The notes: generated by a model not told the origin, from the sequence alone. DNA of 64,000 nt from Eledone cirrhosa (GCA_964016885.1 OZ024742.1:303490001-303554000), one strand, 5' to 3'; counted from the first letter of the stretch, positions 40,042-52,604 are shown. Numbers and translations: made by a program.

Positions 40042-40045
<4 letters not shown>
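37150..40045 (-). mobile_element. Penelope-like retroelement, 5'-truncated, with ~400-bp inverted pLTR
   Basis: 39645-40045 is the reverse complement of 37190-37587. Flanked by (TA)n. RT and GIY-YIG remnants lie between the repeats. Confidence 0.9.
37860..39640 (-). pseudogene. Penelope-like RT plus GIY-YIG endonuclease, disrupted
   Basis: SDKGKEF, FSLDVVAL, GLPMGSSLSG and RYVDD motifs; VVYKIECNKCNQYYIGSTIRPLHIRIK GIY-YIG. Confidence 0.9.
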
Positions 40046-40076
<31 letters not shown>

Positions 40077-40079
<3 letters not shown>

Positions 40080-40290
40080 CGAAGGAAATGTGGTAAGGAA
40101 CCAGATGGACCATAACGCACCAAAGTACTCAATACTTAGGGTATTAGAGTGGGTAATAGTAACGAGTAGGTCCCCGACGGCTGAGCTCAAGCCGTTTCGA
40201 CGGCTAATTCTAGACTAAAATCAGTTTTAGTCCAGAATTAGCCGTCGAAACGGCTTGAGCTCAGCCATCGGGGTCCTACTCGTTCCTATA
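40077..40290 (-). mobile_element. Fold-back fragment of the 'gagctc' pLTR-like family
   Basis: Family tail plus a hairpin centred on gactaaaatcagttttagtc. Confidence 0.8.
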
Positions 40291-40297
40291 TATATAT

Positions 40298-41286
40298 ATA
40301 GGCACCCGTTTTACGTGTGTTGTGTTGAGGCAAATAACTATGTGTATACTCTGGTAATATATCTTACATTGCCCGTTGAGTGCGCTGATATACAACCGTC
40401 ACTGGCATTGATAAATATGCTGGGTCCATCAACCCTTATTATTATTATCTCCCAACTAGCGGATTATTGAGAGTAAGTTAAACAATTTTTCACTTTTTAT
40501 TGTGTTTTTGTTTTGATATGCACTCTTTTCCTGCTAATAATTTTGTCTGTCACTCTTTTTAGTTGTGAATTAGACTGGTTATCTACGCACGTGGCTGACA
40601 CATTTCAGCTCGCTACTATACTGTTATATAATGGATGATAGCATTTAAAGTCCGATAAAGGTTTTTGGCACTACCATTGTTACCATCGCTTTCCATCGCA
40701 TTGTTACCATGGGGCTTGGAGACATGAACCGAATGCTACCATTCTATTTTATATCAATGTGAACTGCTATTTCTAATAGCCATCTTTTTACCCCTTGATA
40801 ATTTGTGTGTGAGACACGTTGGCTGAGGATTTCTGACAGGAACTAAAAGATTGATTCTTTTTAGCTTCTCGTCCCCACGTAAAATTTGTAAATCAGTGGC
40901 TAGTTGAGAGATAGAGTCCTATCGGTTGCCAGTTGCTAATCGCTTTACCGTGTTGGTTGTCACAAACAATCATGACCGGCATGGGCCGGTGTTAGGATTC
41001 TGTAGATCGATTGGTTATTGATTAGGCGATACCCGCTGATGAAGCCGCATAAGCTGATTGTGCATTGTTGCATAATATATACAGACAGACGGTGCAGTGC
41101 ACCTTACTGCTGCATTAGTTCGGCAGAAACTCGAGTCCGGGAACCTTATAGGCACCCGTTTTACGCGTGTTGTGTTGAGGCAAATAACTATGTGTATACT
41201 CTTGTAATGTATTTCACATTTCCCATTGAGTGCGCTGAGATACAACCGGTACTGGCATTGATAAATATGCTGGGTCCGTCAACCCT

Positions 41287-41291
<5 letters not shown>
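40298..41291 (+). mobile_element. ~850-bp HHR monomer with ~140-bp terminal redundancy (retrozyme/pLTR-like)
   Basis: 40298-40443 is repeated at 41148-41291. HHR cccg-CTGATGA-agccg..cggca-GAAAC-tcga-GTC-cggg at 41032-41141. Confidence 0.85.
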
Positions 41292-41379
<88 letters not shown>

Positions 41380-41382
<3 letters not shown>

Positions 41383-42590
41383 AGAAAGGAGTTTCCATCA
41401 TCAGCTGTAAATGTTTCCCGAACCGATGTTTCGGCGCTCAATTACAGGACATCGGTGTATTTTGGGTGCGCCCGAGGCCTTTTATTAATCAAAAGGCCAG
41501 GTGGAAAAGGAGAGAGAAAGAGAGGAAAAAAAGAGGAAAAAGGAGAGAGAAAAGGAAAGAGAGGGAAACTAGGAAGAACAGGGGGGAAAAGATGAGGAGA
41601 GAGGAAGAAGGGGGAAGGCAATAATAAAAGGCCTCGGGCGCTGTCCTGTAATTCAGCGCCGAAACATCGGTTAGGAAAACATTTACAGCTGACGATGGAA
41701 ACTCCTTTCTCTTTTCTCCCCCTGTAGCGTTCTAACCACCATCCTAAACCTTGTTTTAGTAACCACACAGCTCCTTTCGTTTCATAACTGTTTGTATTTA
41801 CCGCTGTTAACCTACCTGCTTTGTTCGATCTGTGTTCCCTCCCAACTTCGCATCGCCCCTCCGATCTCTCTTCCCTTCTCCTCCTCACTCTCGTTTTTCC
41901 TATCTCTCTATCCATCCGTTCGGTTTTGATTGTTGACGTTTACACGTGTCGTGGTGGCCTCTCTGTCCGCAATCTTTGCGGCACGTTTTTACCACCGTCG
42001 TAAAAAAACCATTCTGGATTATCTCCCTTTCCCTTCTCCTCACTTTTGATTGCCCGTGTCTCTCTCTCACTTTCTCCTGTCAATGTGAGAGGCAGCACGA
42101 TTATACCAGCTCTGAGTCGTAGCTGACCACCAAGCTAAAGTATTCCAGGTTGGCCACAACTTACTTACTTTCCCTATTTTACCACGGTTACCTTTGTGCA
42201 TGTTTCTTTCATCTGTGTCTTACCACGATGGGACCTGTACACTTTTTTCTCCTATTCCTTTCCTATTTTTTTCCCCATTTCCCTTCCCCCTTCTTCCTGT
42301 CCCCCCCCCTGTTCTTCCTCCTTTCCCTCTCTTTCCTTTTCTCTCCTTTTTTCTCCCCTTTTTTCACTCTTTCTCTCTCCTTTTCCACCTGGCCTTTTGA
42401 TTAATAAAAGGCCTCGGGCGCACCCGAAATACACCGATGTCCTGTAATAGAGCGCCGAAACATCGGTTCGGGAAACATTTACAGCTGACGATGGAAATTC
42501 CTTTCTTCCTTTCTCCTCCTGTTCCGTCCTAACCACCACCCTGAACCTTGTTTTAGTAACCACACAGCTCCTTTCGTCTCATAACTTTAT
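41380..42590. mobile_element. (TA)n-embedded non-coding element with inverted plus tandem copies of a rearranged hammerhead-like motif
   Basis: Motif at 41392-41507 (-), 41621-41700 (+, internally deleted) and 42382-42497 (+). Confidence 0.8.
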
Positions 42591-42604
42591 ATATATATAT
42601 ATAT

Positions 42605-42635
<31 letters not shown>

Positions 42636-43677
42636 TTATATATATTCCACTCATCAAGTTTCAAGAAAAGAATATACGTACGCATACATATATGCGAATA
42701 TATATATATATTTGTATGTATGTATGTGTATGTATGCGTGTTTGCTTGTAAATGTGTATGCGTGTGTATGTATATACGTATATATATATGTGTGTGTGTG
42801 TATGTATATGTATGTATATATGTATATATATGTATATATGAGGGAGCTTATAGATAGGACAACACACGCTGTCTTTTCGTGGGGTAAGTTTTTAATTAAT
42901 TTTTGTATTCTGAAACATCAAAATACAACAATTTTTTGGTCACTGAACTCGGGAATGTCACGACAGAAGTTTGTGGAAGTTACACAAATATTTTAGTATA
43001 TTTTAGCAGAGCAATCCTTATTTATATTTTACATTTACTTACATCTCAATATAACATGGCTAGAATTCAAATTTTGCTAAGAGAAGAAAACGGTCAAATG
43101 AACTAGATACATCTCACTGTCCCCACCACCACAATAACGTCTACACTCTCTCCCCACCATCACATGTCATTACCATACCCTATCGAGACTAAAGTCATCG
43201 ACCTGTTGTCAAACTCTCTACTCTCTGTTGAATGTATATATATATATGTGTGTGTATGTATATGTGTGTATATACATCACTCAGTCAAACAACCAGATTT
43301 CAACCCCAACATCTACAACAACAACAACAACAACAACAACACCGGCACTAATGTTTACAGCAACAACAGCTTCAGAATGAACTGAAATGAACATTTACAA
43401 CAATTACAACAACAACAACAGCGGCATCAAAACATAAAAAAAGGAAAAGAAAAGAAAAAAGAAAAGGGGAAGGGAAACAAAAAAAAAGAAAGGACCCCCC
43501 CCCCCCCTCAAAATAACAAAACACACACACACACACACACAACACAACAACAACATCAACTGCCACCACCACCACCACCACCGCCACCGCCGCCGCCATC
43601 ACCATCACCAGCGACCTGGCCTTAAGAACAACTTTAATAATAATTTTTCTGCTTTTGGGACGGATCCAGCGACTCAC

Positions 43678-43732
43678 CCAGCGCATCACTGGTACTCTCT
43701 TTTGTTGACTTCGTGGAGAGCCATAATCTATG
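43678..43732 (-). CDS. Candidate internal exon of the minus-strand host gene
   Basis: ttgtttacag|CATAGA..GCGCTGG|gtgagt with consensus splice sites. Encodes HRLWLSTKSTKESTSDAL in one open frame. Confidence 0.35.
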
Positions 43733-44009
43733 CTGTAAACAATTATAGTAATACTGGACTGTAATACGATCGGCTTCAACTCTACCAACTCTTGAAAGTC
43801 AACAGTTGACATAATCTTGTAATCTTGTATCAGTAATGACGGTAATATATATATATATATGTGTGTGTGTGTTCGTGTAAGTGAGTAGAGTAGCGTGTGT
43901 GTGTGTGTTTGTTGTATGTATGAGTGTTGCTGTGTGCGCGCATATGTATGCGTGTGTGTGTATGTCGTATGTATAAGTGTCAATAAGTGATTTTTTTTTT
44001 TATTGATTT

Positions 44010-44322
44010 TTTTGCGCGCGGGGACATAGAAATAATCGGGCTGGATGCCCGATCGCGCAGTTAAACCACTGGGAGTGAAGAACCCCTAGCCCTTGTCAGG
44101 GTATTCTTCTAGGAGAAGGCATCTCAGGAAACTGGGTTAACTCCGATATAAAACCTGCGGTTCAGTAGTTACCGATGATGTTGATCTTTTCTTCTTTTCG
44201 GGTTATAGCTACTGTCGCTCAGAGAGTGGGATTGGCTCAGTGCACAGTCTTTCCTCACTTTAAAAATATTCGTCACGCACAGGCATTGCACGAGTGCATT
44301 AATAATTATTAATAGTGTACTA

Positions 44323-44353
<31 letters not shown>

Positions 44354-44358
44354 TATTA

Positions 44359-44390
<32 letters not shown>

Positions 44391-47300
44391 CAAATTCAAT
44401 GATGTTCCAGAACAATGTAAACGAGATAATTGCCAGTTTGGGTTCTGGAACAAAAAAGATCATTGGCAATAAGGGCAGGGGCCCCAAGTTATCACAACCT
44501 GGGCCCGCCCGTCATCGTGCCATTGTAATAGAGCCAAACAGGGCATTTAGTCTTGGCTGCTGGAACGTACGGACGCTGCTTGACAGGGATTCTTTGGAGC
44601 GTCCTGAACGAAGGACCGCTCTTGTTGCAAAGGAGCTTCGACGTTACCATCTTGACATCGTGGCTTTATCTGAGACGAGGTTAGCTGGAGATGGTCATCT
44701 TACGGAATTTTGTGGAGAATATACATTCTTCTGGAAAGGAAGAGATGAAGGAACCAGAAGAGAGGCTGGGGTAGGATTTGCTGTTAAGACTGTACTGGTG
44801 AATAAATTAGAAGAATTCCCAGTAGGGATTAGTGAGCGTCTTATGTCCATGAGAGTTCCGCTGGACAAGGGAAGATATGCTACCCTGGTGAGTGTGTATG
44901 CTCCAACTATGAATTCTGTCGATGAAGAAAAACTGTCCTTTTACCATGCCTTGAAAGGTGTTCTAAGAAATATCCCTCAGGCAGACAAAGTCATCGTGCT
45001 TGGTGACTTTAATGCTAGAGTGGGTAGGGATTTTAACACATGGAATGTAATCGGAAGGCATGGGGTGGGAAAGTGTAACAGCAATGGTATGCTCTTGCTG
45101 CAGATGTGTGAGGAGCTGGATCTGTGTGTTACCAACACCATGTTCCAACAAAAGAACAAATTCAAGACCACATGGATGCATCCTGCATCTAAGGAATGGC
45201 ATCTTTTGGACTACGTCCTAGTCAGGATGCGTGACAGACAGGATGTGCAGTGTGTTCGTGTTCTTCGTGGAGCTGAGTGCTGGACGGACCACCGCCTGGT
45301 ACGCGCAAAAGTGAATCTAATCACCAAACGTAAAATCCGGGCTCCTGGTGTTGCCCTGCCCAAAAGATTGAATGCTGCTCATCTTAAGGATAAAAATGTG
45401 AAGAGGACATTGGAAGAAGAGATGCAGGCTGCAGATCTTGGTGAGGATTGGCCGACCCTTAAAAAGTCGGTTTATGATGTAGGCAGACGTGTTCTGGGAT
45501 TGGTGCAGAGAAAACATCAGGACTGGTTTAATGAGAATGATGTACATATAGAAGACTTGTTGGCTGATAAGAGGCGTGCTCTGTCACGCTACTTGACGGC
45601 AAAACCACAGGAGAGGAATACGTTGCATGAGGGGCTCAGGGATGTAAAATCACGTGTTAGGCGGAGTCTTTCTCAGATGAAGGATCAGTGGTGGAGTGAG
45701 AAGGCTGGTGAGATACAAACTGCGTCTGATTGCAATAACACAAAGCTGTTGTACAGTCTCTTGCGTGAGGTTTATGGACCGTCTTCTTCTCTGGTGACAC
45801 CGATTCGCAGCAAGGATGGCAAAGAACTTCTTCGTGACTCACAGGGAATTCTACGAAGGTGGCGAGAGCACTTTGATGATCTTTTGAATCAGCCGTCTGT
45901 CGTCAGTGAAGATTTCCTCAATCTCATTCCCGAAAGTCCTGTGAAAGTAGCTCTCGCAGAACCTCCGACGCTTGTGGAGGTTGCAGTGGCTATTTCGAAG
46001 CTGAACAGTGGAAGATCTCCAGGTATGGATGGCATACATGCTGAGCTCCTACAATATGGTGGTGAGAGACTCCTGCAACATCTTCACTCTCTGTTTGGAG
46101 GGATATGGGCTAATGAATCCGTGCCTGAGGACTGGAGAGATGCAGTAATGGTGGTCTTGTACAAGGGAAAGGGTAACAGGAATGATTGTGGGAACTACAG
46201 AGGTATATCATTGCTTTCTGTCGTAGGGAAAGTTTTATGTAGGGTGCTTCTGGACCGTCTGCTGACACACATTGCAGATTGTGTCCTTCCTGAAAGTCAA
46301 TCTGGTTTTCGTGCTGGACGCGGCACTAGTGATATGATCTTCTCAGCTAGACAGCTCCAGGAGAAGTGCATTGAACAGGGCTTGGATCTGTATCAGGTTT
46401 TTGTCGATCTGACAAAGGCTTTCGATACTGTCAACAGTGATGCATTATGAAAGGTTCTCCAGAAACTTGGTTGCCCTGATAAGTTCCTTGCTTTAGTTAG
46501 GTCTTTCCATGACGACATGAAGGCTTGGGTTAATGTCGGAGGTAACATGTCGGAGCCTATCTCAGTAAAAAATGGAGTGAAACAGGGGGATATTCCAACA
46601 CCGACCCTGTTTGCCATATACTTTGCAATGGTTTTCTGTATTGCATTCAGGAATTGCGAGCATGGTGTTTACATCCGATATCGAACCTCAGGCAGCATAT
46701 TTAACATCAGGCGCTTTGCTGCGAAGACAAAAGTATTTACATCAGTCATAAGAGACCTCTTGTATGCAGATGATTGCGATCTTGTAGCGCACACAGAGAG
46801 TGATATGCAGCACATTTTGAATGTATTTTCTGACGCTTGCACTGCCCTGGGTTTGACTGTCAGTCTCAAGAAAACCGTCGTCATGTACCAACCTGCCCCT
46901 AGTAAGCAGTACACTGAACCAAACATCTATGTGTATGGCAAACGACTCGGAGTGGTTGATCAGTTTGTCTACCTGGGAAGCACTGTCAATCGATACGGCA
47001 ACCTTGACGGTGAAATCTCACTTAGGATTAGGAAAGCAAGTGATGCTTTCGGAAAGCTAGAAAGGCGACTCTGGGGTCGGCGAGACATATGCAGGAGGAC
47101 AAAGGTAAAGGTGTACAGGGCATGTGTACTCTCTTGTCTTCTTTATGCCTGCGAGACCTGGGTCACATATCGACGCCACCTTAAGCAATTGGAGCGTTTC
47201 CATCAGATGTGTCTCAGACGGATCCATGGCGTTCACTGGAGGGACCACATCAGTGATGTCGAGATTTTGGAAAGCTCTATGTGTGACAGTATAGAAGCTC

Positions 47301-47943
47301 TTGTGCTTAAGCAACGACTCCGTTGGAGTGGTCACCTTGCCAGGATGAAGGATTCTAGAATACCAAAACAACTCTTCTATGGAGAGTTGGTTAAAGGAAA
47401 ACGACCGCCACATAAACCAAAAAAGAGGTATAAGGATTCCTTGAAAGCCTCTCTGAAAGACGCTAACATCTCTGCTGATACATGGGAAAATATTGCTGCT
47501 GATCGTGGAGAAAGACTGTATATGAGGGAAAAGTTGCCTTTGAGGCATCTCGAATCGCACACGAGAAAGTAAAGCGGGACGTGAGGAAGGGCATTGCTGT
47601 TGCACTTCCAGACGGCGAGGGTCCTCCTATGGTTCTGACATGCAGCGTCTGTGCGAGACTCTGCCTAAGCAAAGCTGGACTCGAAAGTCATCTTCGCAGT
47701 CATAAAGTAAGACCAGTGGTTGACTACCAGGCTGCTGTTGGAGATGCTACTCATCATGCTTGCCAAACATGTGGTAGAGAATGTAAATCAGCAGGAGGGC
47801 TCAAGCGACATGCAAAAGTACACGAACTCCAACCACAGCCGACTATTCCCAGTGAATGTTTTGGTTGCCGACTCTGTGCAAGACATTTTAGATCATTGGC
47901 TGGGCTAAAAAGCCACATTCGATCGCAGCACTGTTAGTTGCTA

Positions 47944-47999
<56 letters not shown>

Positions 48000-48060
48000 G
48001 CTTATGTGCGTGCGTGTGTGTATATATATATTAATATGTATATTATTATTGTTGTTGTCG

Positions 48061-48099
<39 letters not shown>

Positions 48100-48163
48100 G
48101 TTATTAATGTATGTGTGTATATATGTGTGAGTGTATGTGTATGTATGTGTGTATGTATATATG

Positions 48164-48240
<77 letters not shown>

Positions 48241-48290
48241 TTTATTTATTTATTATTATTATTATTTTTTTTATTTTATTTTATTTTATT

Positions 48291-48321
<31 letters not shown>

Positions 48322-48372
48322 TATTTTTTTCTTGTGCAATGGCCATACTCGATAACGAGGGGGCAGCCATCA
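44010..48372 (+). mobile_element. Near full-length RTE-clade (BovB-like) LINE
   Basis: GC-richer 5' UTR, single APE plus RT ORF. A probable 3' tail (gcaatggccatactcgataacgagggggcagccatc, about 48335-48372) follows a microsatellite expansion. Confidence 0.88.
44399..47937 (+). pseudogene. RTE ORF: APE endonuclease, RT and three C2H2 zinc fingers; in-frame TGA at 46448 and frameshift near 47508
   Basis: WNVRTL, LSETRL, GDFNARVG, TDHRLV, FVDLTKAFD, GVKQG and LYADD motifs. CSVC..HLRSH, CQTC..HAKVH and CRLC..HIRSQH fingers. Confidence 0.93.
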
Positions 48373-48376
48373 TATG

Positions 48377-48435
<59 letters not shown>

Positions 48436-48466
48436 GTCTATATATATATATATATGTATATGTATG

Positions 48467-48507
<41 letters not shown>

Positions 48508-48709
48508 TTATATATGTATGTGTGTGTATATGTGTATATATGTATATATATGTGTGAATGTATGTTTGTGTGTGTGTGTGTATATATGTGTATGTATGTG
48601 TGTGCAAATGTATGTATGTGTATGTATAGTATAGTTTACACGAGAGAGACATACGTACTTGTAGGTGTGTATATATATATATATATATGTGTATGTATGC
48701 ATATATATG

Positions 48710-48740
<31 letters not shown>

Positions 48741-48918
48741 GTATGCGCGCGTGTGTATGTGTAGATATATATATATATGTGTGTGTATGTGTATGCGTGT
48801 GTGTGTGTATATTTGTGTGTTTGTGTTTTTCCTGTGTATATATGTATATATGTGTTTGTATGTATGTGTGTGTGTGTGTATATGTATGTGTGTGTGTGTG
48901 TATGTGTATGCGCACACA

Positions 48919-48991
<73 letters not shown>

Positions 48992-49100
48992 ATATGTGTG
49001 TGAATGTGTAGGTGTGCACACACACACACACATATGTATATATGTATGTATATATATATAAGTATATATGTATGTGTGTGTGTAAGTGTTTTTGTATGTG
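47940..49100. repeat. Compound (TG)n/(TA)n/(TTA)n/(TTTTA)n microsatellite block
   Basis: Seen directly in the sequence. Source of many spurious ORFs. Confidence 0.95.
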
Positions 49101-49629
49101 GTTGTGAGTATGTAAATATATTTTATTCTTTCCATCCTACTAAAACACTCTGGCCACCTGTGGCTTGTATGTTAACTTGACCACTCACCCCAGACTGTGC
49201 CATGATTCGGTCTTGTTAAATGTTTAATTTCTATTACCAACCCACCTAAAAAATTTCCCTACTATATATCTGTTGAATTACTATTCTTGGGGTTTTTATT
49301 TATTTATTTTTTGTTTATTTCTTTATTTATTTTATTTATTTATTCATTTATCTATTTATTTATTCATTTATTTATTTATTTACTTATTTATTTATTTCAA
49401 AAAAGCACTCTGGCTAATTGACCACTTCCCATAGAAAAAACGGCCTGTGCCATGAAGTGGTCCTGTGTATCTAAATACCATCCCCCCCATCCACCACCCC
49501 TCCCTTGCCACTACCTAAATGTATAAATACCAGAACTTAATATGACACCCAGCTTCCTGAAGATTTCATCTGAATGAAACAGTACTAGTCCTGTAGAAGC
49601 TCCTTCTATAAAATAAAAAAATAAAAAAA

Positions 49630-49700
<71 letters not shown>

Positions 49701-49706
<6 letters not shown>

Positions 49707-50861
49707 CAAATAACGAAACGAAATTAAATTTCGTTTCGCTTCTAACTCACTTTTGTATGACTGACGCTTAAACAATTAAGTTAAAGTGTACATCTACATA
49801 TGTATACGGAAGTATTAGTATGCATATAAATACACACATGTATACATATGTACATGTACTGAGTTTTTCACTAGACACTTTACAGTGAGTGTCCAGCTAG
49901 TCTGTATGTAACCACACAGACGGACCGGGTTTTAGAGTCATACGAGTTTTCAAGGAAACACATTTCCTCTATTCTCCAGAGAGCCAGACAGGAATATTGG
50001 ACTAGTTTCGATGTTATTACATCTCATCAGAAATATTTACCCATCTTCCGGCTTCTCTAGAGAATTGTAAAAGCACATATCGTTATATGCTTTTTCTATG
50101 AAAATTAGTAGTGGGTAGACTAATTTGCATAGAACGTGAGTCATTGTACGCACCGGTTCAGTGGAAACGATAAAAACAAATAACGAAACGAAATTAAATT
50201 TCGTTTCGCTTCTAACTCACTTTTGTATGACTGACGCTTAATCAATTAAGTTAAAGTGTACATCTACATATGTATACATGTGAAAAGTGTCTAGTGAAAA
50301 ACTCAGTACATGTACATATGTATACATGTGTGTATTTATATGCATACTAATACTTCCGTATACATATGTAGATGTACACTTTAACTTAATTGTTTAAGCG
50401 TCAGTCATACAAAAGTGAGTTAGAAGCGAAACGAAATTTAATTTCGTTTCGTTATTTGTTTTTATCGTTTCCGCTGAACCGGTGCGTACAATGACTCACG
50501 TTCTATGCAAATTAGTCTACCCACTACTAATTTTCATAGAAAAAGCATATAACGATATGTGCTTTTACAATTCTCTAGAGAAGCCGGAAGATGGGTATAT
50601 ATTGCTGATGAGATGTAATAACATCGAAACTAGTCCAATATTCCTGTCTGGCTCTCTGGAGAATAGAGGAAATGTGTTTCCTTGAAAACTCGTATGACTC
50701 TAAAACCCGGTCCGTCTGTGTGGTTACATACAGACTAGCTGGACACTCACTGTAAAGTGTCTAGTGAAAAACTCAGTACATGTACATATGTATACATGTG
50801 TGTATTTATATGCATACTAATACTTCCGTATACATATGTAGATGTACACTTTAACTTAATT
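49701..50861. mobile_element. Fold-back dimer of a ~470-bp HHR unit (retrozyme-like)
   Basis: Period 470 (49701 and 50171), inversion near 50282. Canonical HHR atattg-CTGATGA-gatgt(aata)acatc-GAAAC-ta-GTC-caatat at 50599-50641 (+) and 49994-50036 (-). Confidence 0.92.
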
Positions 50862-51142
50862 ATATATATATATATTCGCTTATATGTGTGCGCACGTATA
50901 TTTCCTCACTGTCACATGTAAACACTTCAATTGTAGTAGAATATCTAGCGAACATATACAGTTCTATCAAACTCTACTTTATATATCCGAAGAAAGGGAA
51001 TCCTACTAACTCTTACGAAAAGGTGTGAATTTCCTAATACTTTCTAACAGTAGACGCATGTCGGAAAATAATTGAACATTCCTTACACCTTTTCGCACTT
51101 CATCTTAATTACAGTCCACTCATCATGCCTCTTTCTTCGTCA

Positions 51143-51209
<67 letters not shown>

Positions 51210-51303
51210 CTTCTTCTTCTTCTTCTTCTTCTTCTTCTTCTTCTTCTTCTTCTTCTTCTTCTTCTTCTTCTTCTTCTTCTTCTGCTTCTTCTTCTTCTTC
51301 TTC
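51143..51303. repeat. (GTT)n(CTT)n microsatellite
   Basis: Seen directly in the sequence. Confidence 0.95.
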
Positions 51304-52011
51304 GTCTTCTCTCCCCCCTTCCCCTTCTTCAAAATACAATAACAATAATTTTGATGGTCATAATTATTTTTATAATAATAATAAATATTATTGTTTTTAC
51401 TGATAATATATTTGCCCGTTTTATTGTATATTTTTCATCGAATCATTATCAGTATTATTACTATCGATTTATAGTTACTGATGATAAACATGTTATTTTC
51501 ATTAGTATTGTTATTGCTTAATTCATAACAATGAAAATGAGGATAATAATAATAGTATTAATAATAACAATAATGGTTGTTGTTGTTTTTATTATTATTA
51601 GTGTAACAATGATTGTCATTGATAATTTTGATATGATTTGCTATGTTTTCATTTTGTTTGTAGTCTTGTGTGTGTATTTTTCTGTTGTAATTTATTTCAT
51701 ATACCAGGCAAGTCGGGTTTTAATCAAACTTCGTGTTTCTAGAGTAATTCACGTATTGACACTTACGTCTAACGTTGCCAGTCAAGTTAGATGAATTTCT
51801 CAACAGACATTTCAAAAATATATTTTACTAGAATTTTCCTCTCAATCCGTGCTGAAACATATATTTTCGTACTTCGAAGGGTAATCTTTCCAACGAAACA
51901 CATGTACTGTTTATAATTTATATTTTTATTGGTAATTAATCCATCAATTATTGATAAGTATTGTTTGTTTTGTCATCCACATATCTGTACCTTTTATAAT
52001 TGGTTTTCATA

Positions 52012-52096
<85 letters not shown>

Positions 52097-52321
52097 TGAG
52101 AGAGAAATGTCATTTGTACACGAAATATGTTACGCATCATCAAAGTCGATGCGAAACAAATTATTATCTGGAGCAGAAACCCAAATTTTGTAGGCTTGGC
52201 ATCAAAGAAATTTCTTAATTCTTGCATAATTATGAAAATCTCTATATGTGTTAGTTCCCTTTTTCCGTAGCGGGGGAGTAGACTCTGAAAAGAAGATCTA
52301 TTATATTCACATCATGGATAC

Positions 52322-52408
52322 ATTATATTTCCACTCATCAAGTTTCAAGAAAAGAATTTCCCTTGCTCGCGAGAGAAGATCGGTCATCTGCTTGGCAAGC
52401 GATGGATT
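52322..52408 (-). CDS. Candidate internal exon of the minus-strand host gene
   Basis: tttag|NPSLAKQMTDLLSRAREILFLKLDEWKYN|gtatcc (87 nt, phase 0-0). The donor site is weak. Confidence 0.3.
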
Positions 52409-52604
52409 CTAAAGCTATGACATCTATCCTCAAGAGGGTCATCTTTTATGGGAAATAATAGATTGATAGCAAAGTCATCAGTTTTACGCCAATTCACTAT
52501 CTATCTAGTCATTTTCGTGTCTCTGTTGCGAATATACATTTTGTCTGTTTTTTTTTAGTCTAATTTAGTATTGACTAAATTATTCAATTTCATATCCTAT
52601 TATT

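Noticed and set aside
44010-44180. HDV-like ribozyme at the RTE 5' end
   Set aside because: Hairpins are present, but I could not assign a nested double pseudoknot by eye.
46448-46450. Programmed readthrough or Sec at the RTE TGA (and at the Tx1 TAG 57702)
   Set aside because: Both fall where Trp (TGG) is plausible, so simple G-to-A nonsense mutations explain them.
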